Shown here piece after piece: positions 1 through 9,724 of a DNA stretch of 14,278 nucleotides. The stretch's first letter is position 1; each line of letters begins with the position of its first letter. The notes under the pieces were generated by a model that saw only the letters and a program-made list of their open reading frames with translations, made no database searches and had not been told where the DNA came from. The position numbers were made by a program, and so were the translations under genes. The stretch is from a candidate division WOR-3 bacterium (GTDB lineage Bacteria; Hydrothermota; UBA3072; B12-G15). The DNA is taken from contig CBFGJG010000047.1 of assembly GCA_965649055.1 (NCBI GenBank), forward strand, positions 1 through 14,278, read 5' to 3'.

Positions 1-75
1 ATATACCACCTATAATAATTGATGAGATTTATGATAAAATTTTTAGACAAAACTTAAATGTTAATTATAATAAAT

Positions 76-101
76 TGTACCACCATGTCCCTGATCTTCC
101 C
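76..101 (+). repeat. Dispersed intergenic repeat, copy A (TGTACCACCATGTCCCTGATCTTCCC)
   Basis: 79-98 matches copy B 2897-2916 at 18/20 positions; shares TGTACCACCATGT with the reverse complement of copy C; lies just past the stop codon of the 103-909 gene. Confidence 0.75.
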
Positions 102-102
102 G

Positions 103-909
103 TTATTTTTCAAGTGCTTCTCGAGCCTCATTCTGGAATCCTGACTTATCAAATACAAATGTCTTTATCAATCTTCCATTAACCACACAATCACCATACT
201 TCGCATTTCTTTTTTCCGAAATATCTTTTTCCTTTGATATATCAACAAAATATACAGGGATTTTTTGATCAACTTCCCTTATATATTTTTCCATCGGTTT
301 TAAAAAAACAGGGAATGCCACTGGACAGAAATTTGGACCACAAAATATCAAAACCTTCCCTTTATCATCTTCAGATGGTTTATATTCAGGTAATGTTCTT
401 GCCATCATCTTATAAGAATAACCTTCTTTTAAAGCGAAATATAGATGATTGGGATTATCATCTATCATTCTAAATCCACATTTTCTAAAAAATTCAGATG
501 CTGAAATTTGGCCTTCCTTATGTCCTGGGAATGTGAAGGCTATCAATGCATCAGGTTTCTTATTAAACCATCTATGCGGTTTTCCCATTTCTTCAATCAG
601 TTTATTCAGTAACATTTTCCCTATCCCTTTATTCCAGTATTTTTTATCTGGAACATAAATGCAATCAATATTTACAACATTTTCATCAATAAATGGTCTA
701 TACTGTATCATACCAACAGGTTCATCATTTACATAAGCAATTTTTGCAAATGAACCATACTTTTCTAACATCTCTATACACCATAACCTCTTCTCCTCTA
801 TTCCTCTTTTAAAGTCTTCATCTTCCCTTTTTTCTTTTGGAACGCATACAAAACATAAATCAAAAATATTTACTTTTTTTACATCTTCAATTCTTATTTT
901 TTTGTTCAT
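103..909 (-). CDS. GNAT-family N-acetyltransferase with C-terminal YoaP/thioredoxin-like extension
   Basis: 268 aa; GNAT elements VGMIQY, IDCIYV, acetyl-CoA motif A YWNKGIGKMLL, and FFRKCGF; C-terminal region with CGPNFCP and VVNG. Confidence 0.8.
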   Translation of the reverse strand: MNKKIRIEDVKKVNIFDLCFVCVPKEKREDEDFKRGIEEKRLWCIEMLEKYGSFAKIAYVNDEPVGMIQYRPFIDENVVNIDCIYVPDKKYWNKGIGKMLLNKLIEEMGKPHRWFNKKPDALIAFTFPGHKEGQISASEFFRKCGFRMIDDNPNHLYFALKEGYSYKMMARTLPEYKPSEDDKGKVLIFCGPNFCPVAFPVFLKPMEKYIREVDQKIPVYFVDISKEKDISEKRNAKYGDCVVNGRLIKTFVFDKSGFQNEAREALEK

Positions 910-1591
910 TTTTCTTTATTCTCTCTTTTGTTTTTTTATCCTCAAGTTCCCTCAAAGCATCCTTAGCAATCCATTTTGCACTTTTAGAATTTAACTGCAT
1001 TATCTCTTTTGAAATCTCAATAGCTTTTTTATTAAGACCCGTATTTCTTTTTCCTATCTGTCTTAATGCCCAATTAACTGCTTTTTTCACATTATTTCTT
1101 TCATCCTTAGATTCTCTCTTAATTATATCAAAAAATAAATCAAAATCATTATCTTTTATCTTTTTATCCCGCCATGAAAGACATGCAATTAATGTAAATC
1201 CTGCCCTTTTCACGAATTCTTCTTCCCTTTCAGACCATTCTATTGCTTTTTTCATTGCATATTCTGTCCTTGAAAAAAGATTCATACAGACCTGGTCACA
1301 TATCTCCCAGTAATCAAATGTTTTAACCCAATCTTCCATCTGTTCTTCTGTTACAAGTTCAGGGATATCAATCATTGAAGCAAGAATTCTTGTTTCTCTA
1401 TAATCTATTTTATACAACTTCAGCGCAAGATTATGGTCTTTACCTATTTCCTTTGCAATCTTCCTTAAATTTGGAACAGAAATACCAAATGCATTCTTTG
1501 GTGTTATGCCAAATTTAGCCATACCTATAAGATTATCAGGATTAGCAATTGATTTCAATCTTTCTAAAATTATATTTATTTTTTCTTCCAT
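887..1591 (-). CDS. DNA alkylation repair protein, AlkD-like HEAT-repeat DNA glycosylase family
   Basis: 234 aa; family motifs FGISVPNLRKIAK, FDYWEICDQVC, WSEREEEFVKRAG, DERNNVKKAVNWALRQIGKRN; overlaps the GNAT gene start by 23 bp. Confidence 0.88.
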   Translation of the reverse strand: MEEKINIILERLKSIANPDNLIGMAKFGITPKNAFGISVPNLRKIAKEIGKDHNLALKLYKIDYRETRILASMIDIPELVTEEQMEDWVKTFDYWEICDQVCMNLFSRTEYAMKKAIEWSEREEEFVKRAGFTLIACLSWRDKKIKDNDFDLFFDIIKRESKDERNNVKKAVNWALRQIGKRNTGLNKKAIEISKEIMQLNSKSAKWIAKDALRELEDKKTKERIKKNEQKNKN

Positions 1592-1597
1592 AATAGA

Positions 1598-1625
1598 ATT
1601 TTATAAACACTGGGGAAAAAATCAA
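1598..1625 (-). promoter_or_regulatory. Putative sigma70 promoter of the AlkD-like/GNAT pair, probably leaderless
   Basis: Minus strand TTGATT (1625-1620), 16 bp spacer, TAAAAT (1603-1598), then 6 nt and ATG at 1591; no Shine-Dalgarno. Confidence 0.55.
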
Positions 1626-1635
1626 GTACTACCTT

Positions 1636-2193
1636 TCATTTTACCCAGTTTACAACATATCGTAAAAGTCCATCACCTTTTGCTAAAGATTTTTCAATAT
1701 TAACACTCAGATTCTTCAGATTATAAAGTTCTCCAGCCCTTTCAAGAAAGCCACCTATTGAATGTTCAATAATCTCATGAATATCAGGGAATTCATATAT
1801 CTCAAATACTATCCTTCCCGGATTATTCTCGGTAAGTTTAGCCCTAAGATTACTATAATATGATGACCATAAAATCTCTGCCCTTCTTGCGAATATATGA
1901 ACATTACTAAGTTTGAGAAAAATCTTGTAAACCCCTCTTAAACCATAATCAGCACTGAATCTTCCTGATTCCCATGAACCTCTTAAACTTCCTTTAAAAA
2001 ACATATCACAGAATTTAATAAGTGGAATAGTAATACCTTCTTTTACAGGATACCATTGTGTTGGTAGTATTTTTGCTGAATAAATAGACTTAGAACTTTC
2101 AGGTAGTGAATTTATCCATTCTTTAAGTCTTTCCGGATGCTTCTCCTTCACATATTCAACTATTGGTATCAATGCAATCCCTTTTACCTCCAT
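1636..2193 (-). CDS. DUF2378/TIGR02265-like protein, probable H-NOX/V4R-type fold
   Basis: 185 aa; pattern VKG...VEYVKEKH...EWINSLP...ILPTQWYP, SGRFSADYGLRGVYK, LWSSYY, C-terminal KSLAKGD...YVVNW; GGAGG Shine-Dalgarno 4 nt before ATG. Confidence 0.65.
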   Translation of the reverse strand: MEVKGIALIPIVEYVKEKHPERLKEWINSLPESSKSIYSAKILPTQWYPVKEGITIPLIKFCDMFFKGSLRGSWESGRFSADYGLRGVYKIFLKLSNVHIFARRAEILWSSYYSNLRAKLTENNPGRIVFEIYEFPDIHEIIEHSIGGFLERAGELYNLKNLSVNIEKSLAKGDGLLRYVVNWVK

Positions 2194-2233
2194 ATAACCT
2201 CCCTTTTATTTTTTAATAAAATCTTTATAACTT

Positions 2234-2464
2234 TCAATTGTCCTTCTTTTCTATATTACTAATTTCAGGATTTTTCATCAAAGAAGCAAGTTTCAATTTT
2301 GCAAGATATCCTGAAATAATACAAATTATTGCAAAAATATGTAATCCAGAATGCCAGAAATCGAGAAAAAGAATTGATTCAAAGGCACACAGAATTATTC
2401 CTAATATAATTATTGTATTATTCCTTATAGAAGAATAACCGAAAGGGATAACCATTATATCCAA
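2234..2464 (-). CDS. Small hypothetical membrane protein, start uncertain, possibly degraded
   Basis: 76 aa with two hydrophobic segments (TIIILGIILCAFESILFL, LHIFAIICIISGYLA); TTG start; GGAGGT about 14 nt upstream. Confidence 0.35.
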   Translation of the reverse strand: MDIMVIPFGYSSIRNNTIIILGIILCAFESILFLDFWHSGLHIFAIICIISGYLAKLKLASLMKNPEISNIEKKDN

Positions 2465-2646
2465 TAAAACCAGTTTAGACCTCCCTTCATCTGATGCTCT
2501 AATCTTGTTCTGTATTCAGGAGAATTCAAATCCTGATTATTTTTATTAACTGACAAATTTACTAAACCCATAAATACTTTATTTAATTTAGAAAAATATT
2601 ATAATTAAAAAATAAAAAATAAAGTTTTTAATTTAGGAAATGTCGA

Positions 2647-2660
2647 ATTGTTTAAACAAT
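2647..2660. promoter_or_regulatory. Perfect 14-bp palindrome ATTGTTTAAACAAT, candidate operator
   Basis: Self-complementary; flanked by TCGA on the left and CGA on the right; located in a 520-bp divergent intergenic region. Confidence 0.3.
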
Positions 2661-2886
2661 CGAACTGATTAATTTAATAACATTAAAAGTAAAAATAAAT
2701 TAACAAATTAATAGTTTAACCATAGTAAGTCAAAAAAGGAATAAACAAAGCATCAGTAACCTTATCTATTATTTAATACGGAATTTACTTCAGGAAATAT
2801 TTCAGATTTTCATGAAGAATTAAAAGATAGATCCACTTCCACTTATTCTTAAAAAATAATTATTTCTATCAGGTCTTTATTAATTA

Positions 2887-2921
2887 CACTATCTTCACCA
2901 CCATGTGCATGATCTTTTCCA
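2887..2921 (+). repeat. Dispersed intergenic repeat, copy B (CACTATCTTCACCACCATGTGCATGATCTTTTCCA)
   Basis: 2897-2921 matches the reverse complement of 14167-14191 at 24/25 positions; CACTATCTT is also shared with copy C. Confidence 0.9.
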
Positions 2922-2940
2922 AAAAATTAGATTTTCCCAC

Positions 2941-2969
2941 TTGACAAATTTATTCAATATGAATATAAT
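2941..2969 (+). promoter_or_regulatory. Consensus sigma70 promoter of the envelope cassette
   Basis: TTGACA (2941-2946), 17 bp spacer, TATAAT (2964-2969); AGGTG at 2976-2980; ATG at 2985. Confidence 0.85.
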
Positions 2970-2984
2970 TATTTTAGGTGAAAT

Positions 2985-4847
2985 ATGATGCTTATATTTA
3001 TTATTTCACTTTCAATTAATAAGTTTTATGAAAAAAATATTAATTCTATATTTTTTAAGGATGATTCAACCATAATTTTAAACTCTGAAAATAGATTTAT
3101 AGAACTTAATCTCAAAAGTGGAATTAAAAAATATTCGTATGATTTTGATTTTAAAATCACAAAAATGTTTTATTTAGATGCAAATTATGTTTTTCTGATT
3201 GAAAGGCAGTTCATTGGAAAGCAGAAAGAAAGTAAATTAGTTTTTTACGACCCTATTTTGAACCTCCAATATCCTATTGTTACTAACTTTGTTACTGACT
3301 TTACCATAGACAAGGAGAAAAAATTTCTCTATTATACTTCCTTTAATAATTTTATTTATCGCTATTTAATTAAGGATAAAAAATACGAGACTTTTTTTGT
3401 TCTCCCGAATGCTTATAGTAATATAAATAAAATTGAATTCGCAAACGATAACCTGTATATTTTTACAAATGATGGATTTTATGTTCTGAATATCATAGAA
3501 AAAAAGATAGTAAATTATTTCAAGTATCCTCTTAATACAAAAAATTTTGCAGTGTCACCTTCGGGTTCTATACTTGCCATTAACACAAAAAGAGAGACGA
3601 TAGAAGAGATAATTTTCAAAAGTGAAGAAATTTCATTTTCGGCTTACAGAACAACAAAAAGGATTGATGATTTTGCTTTTTCCTACGATGGAAGATTGTT
3701 TGTAATTCTAACAAACAAAAATGAAATATTAGTATTTTCAGTCACTGATAGTTTCTCTCATCCTGAATTAATTGAGTGTGCTAATTGTAAATTTATTAAT
3801 AATAAATGGGAATATAAATTCTGTATAAATTGCGGGGACAAACTTGAAGATGAAAAGAAATCAATAAAGGCTAAATATTTTGAGAATATTATTTTTACCA
3901 ATCTGAAAGAACAACCTTATGAAGAAATTGTGGAAAAAGAAACTATTAAAAAAGATACAACAAAAATTGATACGACAACGATAAAGACAGAAAATAAAAT
4001 TATTGAAAAAACCATTGAAACAAATGTTATTATACAGCCAAAAGTTGAAAAGCCAAAGAAGGAATTTCCAATTATATCATCACCAAACTTTTTTGAAGTT
4101 CCCAAATCAGAGATATTAAGGCAGTATACATTATATTTTTCAGGTGGTGGTTCTTTCGCCACATCTGAAGAAGGAAGAACTCCGTTTGGAATTTCAGAAA
4201 TGGGTTTTGGTGATTTATTCCAGATAGAATTTTCTTCATTAGGATTAATCAGTTCAATAACAAGAGGTTCGATGCTCATACCTACACTCGGTTTCAAATA
4301 CAATATAACAAACACATTCAAAGGGAGAATCATTTTACCAGAAAAATTCCCTTCTATCGCAATAGGAATAAAAGGTTCATGGTGGAACACAATTACTAAA
4401 GATAACATTTCTTATAAATTAAGGCATGCTTTTCTTTTTCTGACCTTTCAAGAAAACATATCAAATTTTAATACAGCAGTTGGATTATCTGTATGTGATA
4501 CAAGAATAAAGACAAGTTTTATGTCTTCTGAAATAGTTTCCAATCCTTTCTTATTATTTTTAGGGACAGAAATAAAGATAAATAACAACACCTTTTTGGT
4601 ATTTGAAGCATCGCAGGTTTCAGGATACAGATTACAACCAAATGGAATTGAGAGTGAAGATGACCTTATAATAGGTTACTGGTTAAGTCTTGGTGGAAAA
4701 TGTTATGTTTTTAAATGGTTAACAGTCAATTCAGGAATAAGGATTGATTCTCCAGCAGGTGAAATAAAATGGACAGGGCTTTCTGATGTAAAACTCTGGG
4801 CAGGTATAAATCTACTTTTCCCTTTAGATTATTACTTAGGGTTCTAA
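2985..4847 (+). CDS. Multidomain envelope protein: WD40-like beta-propeller, zinc ribbon, linker and C-terminal outer-membrane beta-barrel (YjbH-like)
   Basis: 620 aa; short hydrophobic N-terminus; propeller-type blades (FAVSPSGSILA, FAFSYDGRLF, FTIDKEKKFLY); CANC...FCINCG at aa 265-284; Thr/Lys/Glu-rich linker; amphipathic beta-strands from about aa 367; terminal Phe. Confidence 0.6.
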   Translation: MMLIFIISLSINKFYEKNINSIFFKDDSTIILNSENRFIELNLKSGIKKYSYDFDFKITKMFYLDANYVFLIERQFIGKQKESKLVFYDPILNLQYPIVTNFVTDFTIDKEKKFLYYTSFNNFIYRYLIKDKKYETFFVLPNAYSNINKIEFANDNLYIFTNDGFYVLNIIEKKIVNYFKYPLNTKNFAVSPSGSILAINTKRETIEEIIFKSEEISFSAYRTTKRIDDFAFSYDGRLFVILTNKNEILVFSVTDSFSHPELIECANCKFINNKWEYKFCINCGDKLEDEKKSIKAKYFENIIFTNLKEQPYEEIVEKETIKKDTTKIDTTTIKTENKIIEKTIETNVIIQPKVEKPKKEFPIISSPNFFEVPKSEILRQYTLYFSGGGSFATSEEGRTPFGISEMGFGDLFQIEFSSLGLISSITRGSMLIPTLGFKYNITNTFKGRIILPEKFPSIAIGIKGSWWNTITKDNISYKLRHAFLFLTFQENISNFNTAVGLSVCDTRIKTSFMSSEIVSNPFLLFLGTEIKINNNTFLVFEASQVSGYRLQPNGIESEDDLIIGYWLSLGGKCYVFKWLTVNSGIRIDSPAGEIKWTGLSDVKLWAGINLLFPLDYYLGF

Positions 4848-4848
4848 A

Positions 4849-5307
4849 ATGAGGTATCTTTTTCTTTTCCTGATTTTTCCAATTTTTATTTTAAACGGAA
4901 TCGACAGCAAGATTTGCCCTTTATGTAAACAAGTTAACCCGAAAGATGCCATATTTTGTTCAAATTGTGGATATAAATTCCTGAATTTAGATTCCGAAAA
5001 TGACTTTATAAAATGTCCAAATTGTGATTCCAGAAACCCACCTTATGCAAAATTCTGTTTTAATTGTGGATATAATCTAAATCCGAATACACTCATAAAG
5101 GATAGTGTAATTAGGGATACAAGCATTTTTTCATCTCCCGTTGTAGAATCAATATATGTTGAACTGAAAAGAATCAGACAGCTTTTATTTGAAGAAAAGA
5201 TTAAAGAGATGAATAAGAAACAGGAGTCAGGTTTTGAATCTTTTGGTTTCTGTCTGATTGCGTGCCTTGGAATTATAGCTTTAGGTCTATTATTTATCAG
5301 AATATAG
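4849..5307 (+). CDS. Double zinc-ribbon (DZR-type) protein with predicted signal peptide and C-terminal transmembrane helix
   Basis: 152 aa; CPLC...FCSNCG and CPNC...FCFNCG; hydrophobic N-terminus MRYLFLFLIFPIFILNG; C-terminal FGFCLIACLGIIALGLLFI. Confidence 0.75.
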   Translation: MRYLFLFLIFPIFILNGIDSKICPLCKQVNPKDAIFCSNCGYKFLNLDSENDFIKCPNCDSRNPPYAKFCFNCGYNLNPNTLIKDSVIRDTSIFSSPVVESIYVELKRIRQLLFEEKIKEMNKKQESGFESFGFCLIACLGIIALGLLFIRI

Positions 5308-5316
5308 GGAGGAATT

Positions 5317-6141
5317 ATGAAAAAGATTATCTTGGTTTTCCTTATCAGTTTAGCAATAAATGCTACTGAAATTCACTATGTAAACCCTTCAAGGGCTTTG
5401 ACAACGCCTGTTTCAGATATTCTGAAATCCCTTGATGTATTCTTGAGCGGTGGTGGAACAGTAGGTATTGAAGGTGAAGCATATTTTCTTGGAAATATAA
5501 ATATGGGTTTTGGAGATTTGTTTGAACTCGAATTTAGTCTTTCTTCAATCATTAATGCATTACAGGAAAAATCATCCCTGTTACCTACATCTGTATTCAA
5601 GATGAAGGTTATAGACCTTGATAATCCTGATATTGGTTTGAGTTTCCTGATAAAAAAAACCATATGGAATGTAGAAAGATATTATACCAGTTCCGAAATT
5701 TATTATTATTACACAAGATACGCAGATCTCATAGTAACAGGTGGCTTTAAAAATAATTATGTTAATATAAATATAGGTGGAAAATTTACCGATTTAAGGG
5801 CGATGATAAAAAGTTATAATGAAACTATATTAGAAGAAGAAAAGATGAAAAAAATCTATGGAGGCTTCTTGAATATCTTGATTCATGTTAATCCTAAAAC
5901 CTACGGTATATTTGAAATAACTGATAAAATAAAAATTAATTATATAGGAGAAACTTCCCTTTCACTTGATAAAAATGTTATATCTGTTATTGCAGCAAGC
6001 CTTGGTGGAAGATATTTCTTCAATGAATTCATATCAATAGATGCAGGAATAATCTGGCGGAGCGATTACAAAGGGATAGGTGATGCTGTTATTAATGCAG
6101 GTATCAATATCGGAATTCCTCTTGCAAGATATATTAAATAA
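5317..6141 (+). CDS. Predicted outer-membrane beta-barrel protein, paralog of the C-terminal domain of 2985-4847
   Basis: 274 aa; signal peptide MKKIILVFLISLAINA; shares SGGG, MGFGDLFxxEFS, PTxxFK, SLGGxxY and AGINxxxPL with the upstream protein; GGAGG Shine-Dalgarno. Confidence 0.65.
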   Translation: MKKIILVFLISLAINATEIHYVNPSRALTTPVSDILKSLDVFLSGGGTVGIEGEAYFLGNINMGFGDLFELEFSLSSIINALQEKSSLLPTSVFKMKVIDLDNPDIGLSFLIKKTIWNVERYYTSSEIYYYYTRYADLIVTGGFKNNYVNINIGGKFTDLRAMIKSYNETILEEEKMKKIYGGFLNILIHVNPKTYGIFEITDKIKINYIGETSLSLDKNVISVIAASLGGRYFFNEFISIDAGIIWRSDYKGIGDAVINAGINIGIPLARYIK

Positions 6142-6153
6142 ATTACCCTGTTC

Positions 6154-6181
6154 TTGACAATTCTGTATATTTCTTTATAAT
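6154..6181 (+). promoter_or_regulatory. Consensus sigma70 promoter of the rsmD operon, probably leaderless
   Basis: TTGACA (6154-6159), 16 bp spacer, TATAAT (6176-6181), then 6 nt and ATG at 6188; no Shine-Dalgarno. Confidence 0.8.
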
Positions 6182-6187
6182 AATGTT

Positions 6188-6733
6188 ATGAGAATAGTTT
6201 CCGGATTACTTGGAGGTAGAAAAATAGATGTTCCTCCAAATATAAGGCCTACACTTGAAAAGGTAAGAGAGGCAATTTTTTCAATGATAGATGTTAACAA
6301 CAAAACGTTCTTAGACCTTTTTGCAGGAAGTGGTTCTATTGGTATTGAAGCTTATTCAAGGGGCGCAAAAGAAGTCTGGTTTGTTGAGAAAAACGAAAAA
6401 ATTTTCTCAGTGTTAAAAAAGAATGTCTCAAATCTGATGATTGAAGGCAAGGCAGTTAAAGGTAATGTATTCAGTGTATTAAAAAATATAGATAAAAAAT
6501 TTGATATTATTTTTCTTGACCCACCGTATGATGAAGGTTATATAAAAAGAACTATTCAGGTTATACCCAAAGTTCTTTCAGATGATGGAATAGTAATTAT
6601 AGAGTCTTCCAAAAGAGAAAAATTTGAATTGAATGGATTTAAAATATTAAAAGAAAAAAAATACGGGGATACAGTAATAACTATCCTGAAAGGAATAAAA
6701 TATGAAGATAGCAGTATATCCGGGCACATTTGA
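6188..6733 (+). CDS. rsmD: 16S rRNA (guanine(966)-N2)-methyltransferase RsmD
   Basis: MRIVSG...RPT...REAIFS, LDLFAGSGSIGIEAYSRGA, DIIFLDPPY, KYGDT; precedes coaD as is common. Confidence 0.95.
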   Translation: MRIVSGLLGGRKIDVPPNIRPTLEKVREAIFSMIDVNNKTFLDLFAGSGSIGIEAYSRGAKEVWFVEKNEKIFSVLKKNVSNLMIEGKAVKGNVFSVLKNIDKKFDIIFLDPPYDEGYIKRTIQVIPKVLSDDGIVIIESSKREKFELNGFKILKEKKYGDTVITILKGIKYEDSSISGHI

Positions 6734-7182
6734 CCCTGTAACAAATGGTCATATTGATATCATTCTAAGGGCATCGAAAATATTTGATAAGATATTAGTC
6801 CTTGTTGCAATACATCCTGATAAAAAAACACTTTTTTCTGTAGAAGAAAGGGTAAAAATGCTAAAGGAATCATTGAAAAAGTTTAAAAACATAGAAATAG
6901 ATTACTGGGATGGTATTCTTGTTGATTACATAAAGAAAACAAATGCAACTGCAATTGTCAGAGGAATGCGTGCTATCTCGGATTTTGAATATGAGTTCCA
7001 GATGGCACTTATGAATAGAAATTTATTTCCTGAGATAGAGATAATATTTCTATTTCCTGATGAAAAATATACCTATCTCTCTTCAAGTATAGTGAAAGAA
7101 CTTGCCATGTTCGGTAAAGATGTATCAAATTTTGTTCCAGATATAGTTAACAAAAAATTAAAAGAAAAATTCAGGAGGAAAA

Positions 7183-7196
<14 letters not shown>
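6702..7196 (+). CDS. coaD: Pantetheine-phosphate adenylyltransferase
   Basis: YPGTFDPVTNGH, IVRGMRAISDFEYEFQMALMN, LSSSIVKE. Confidence 0.97.

Positions 7197-9724
<2,528 letters not shown>

Noticed and set aside
1..11. ATACCACCT as a fourth repeat copy
   Set aside because: Only 7 bp match; better explained as an AGGTGG Shine-Dalgarno for a minus-strand gene starting at the window edge
2891..2903. CACCACCA as a tRNA 3' end or attachment site
   Set aside because: No T-arm (GTTCGA) or cloverleaf upstream, and no integrase
2465..2940. AT-rich spacer as oriC or a CRISPR leader/array
   Set aside because: No TTATCCACA-type DnaA box cluster, no regularly spaced repeats, no dnaA or cas genes
3917..4408. 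163-aa minus-strand ORF
   Set aside because: Antisense shadow of the 620-aa gene with no recognisable motif
3777..5070. CxxC motifs as c-type heme sites
   Set aside because: None is followed by His; spacing fits zinc ribbons
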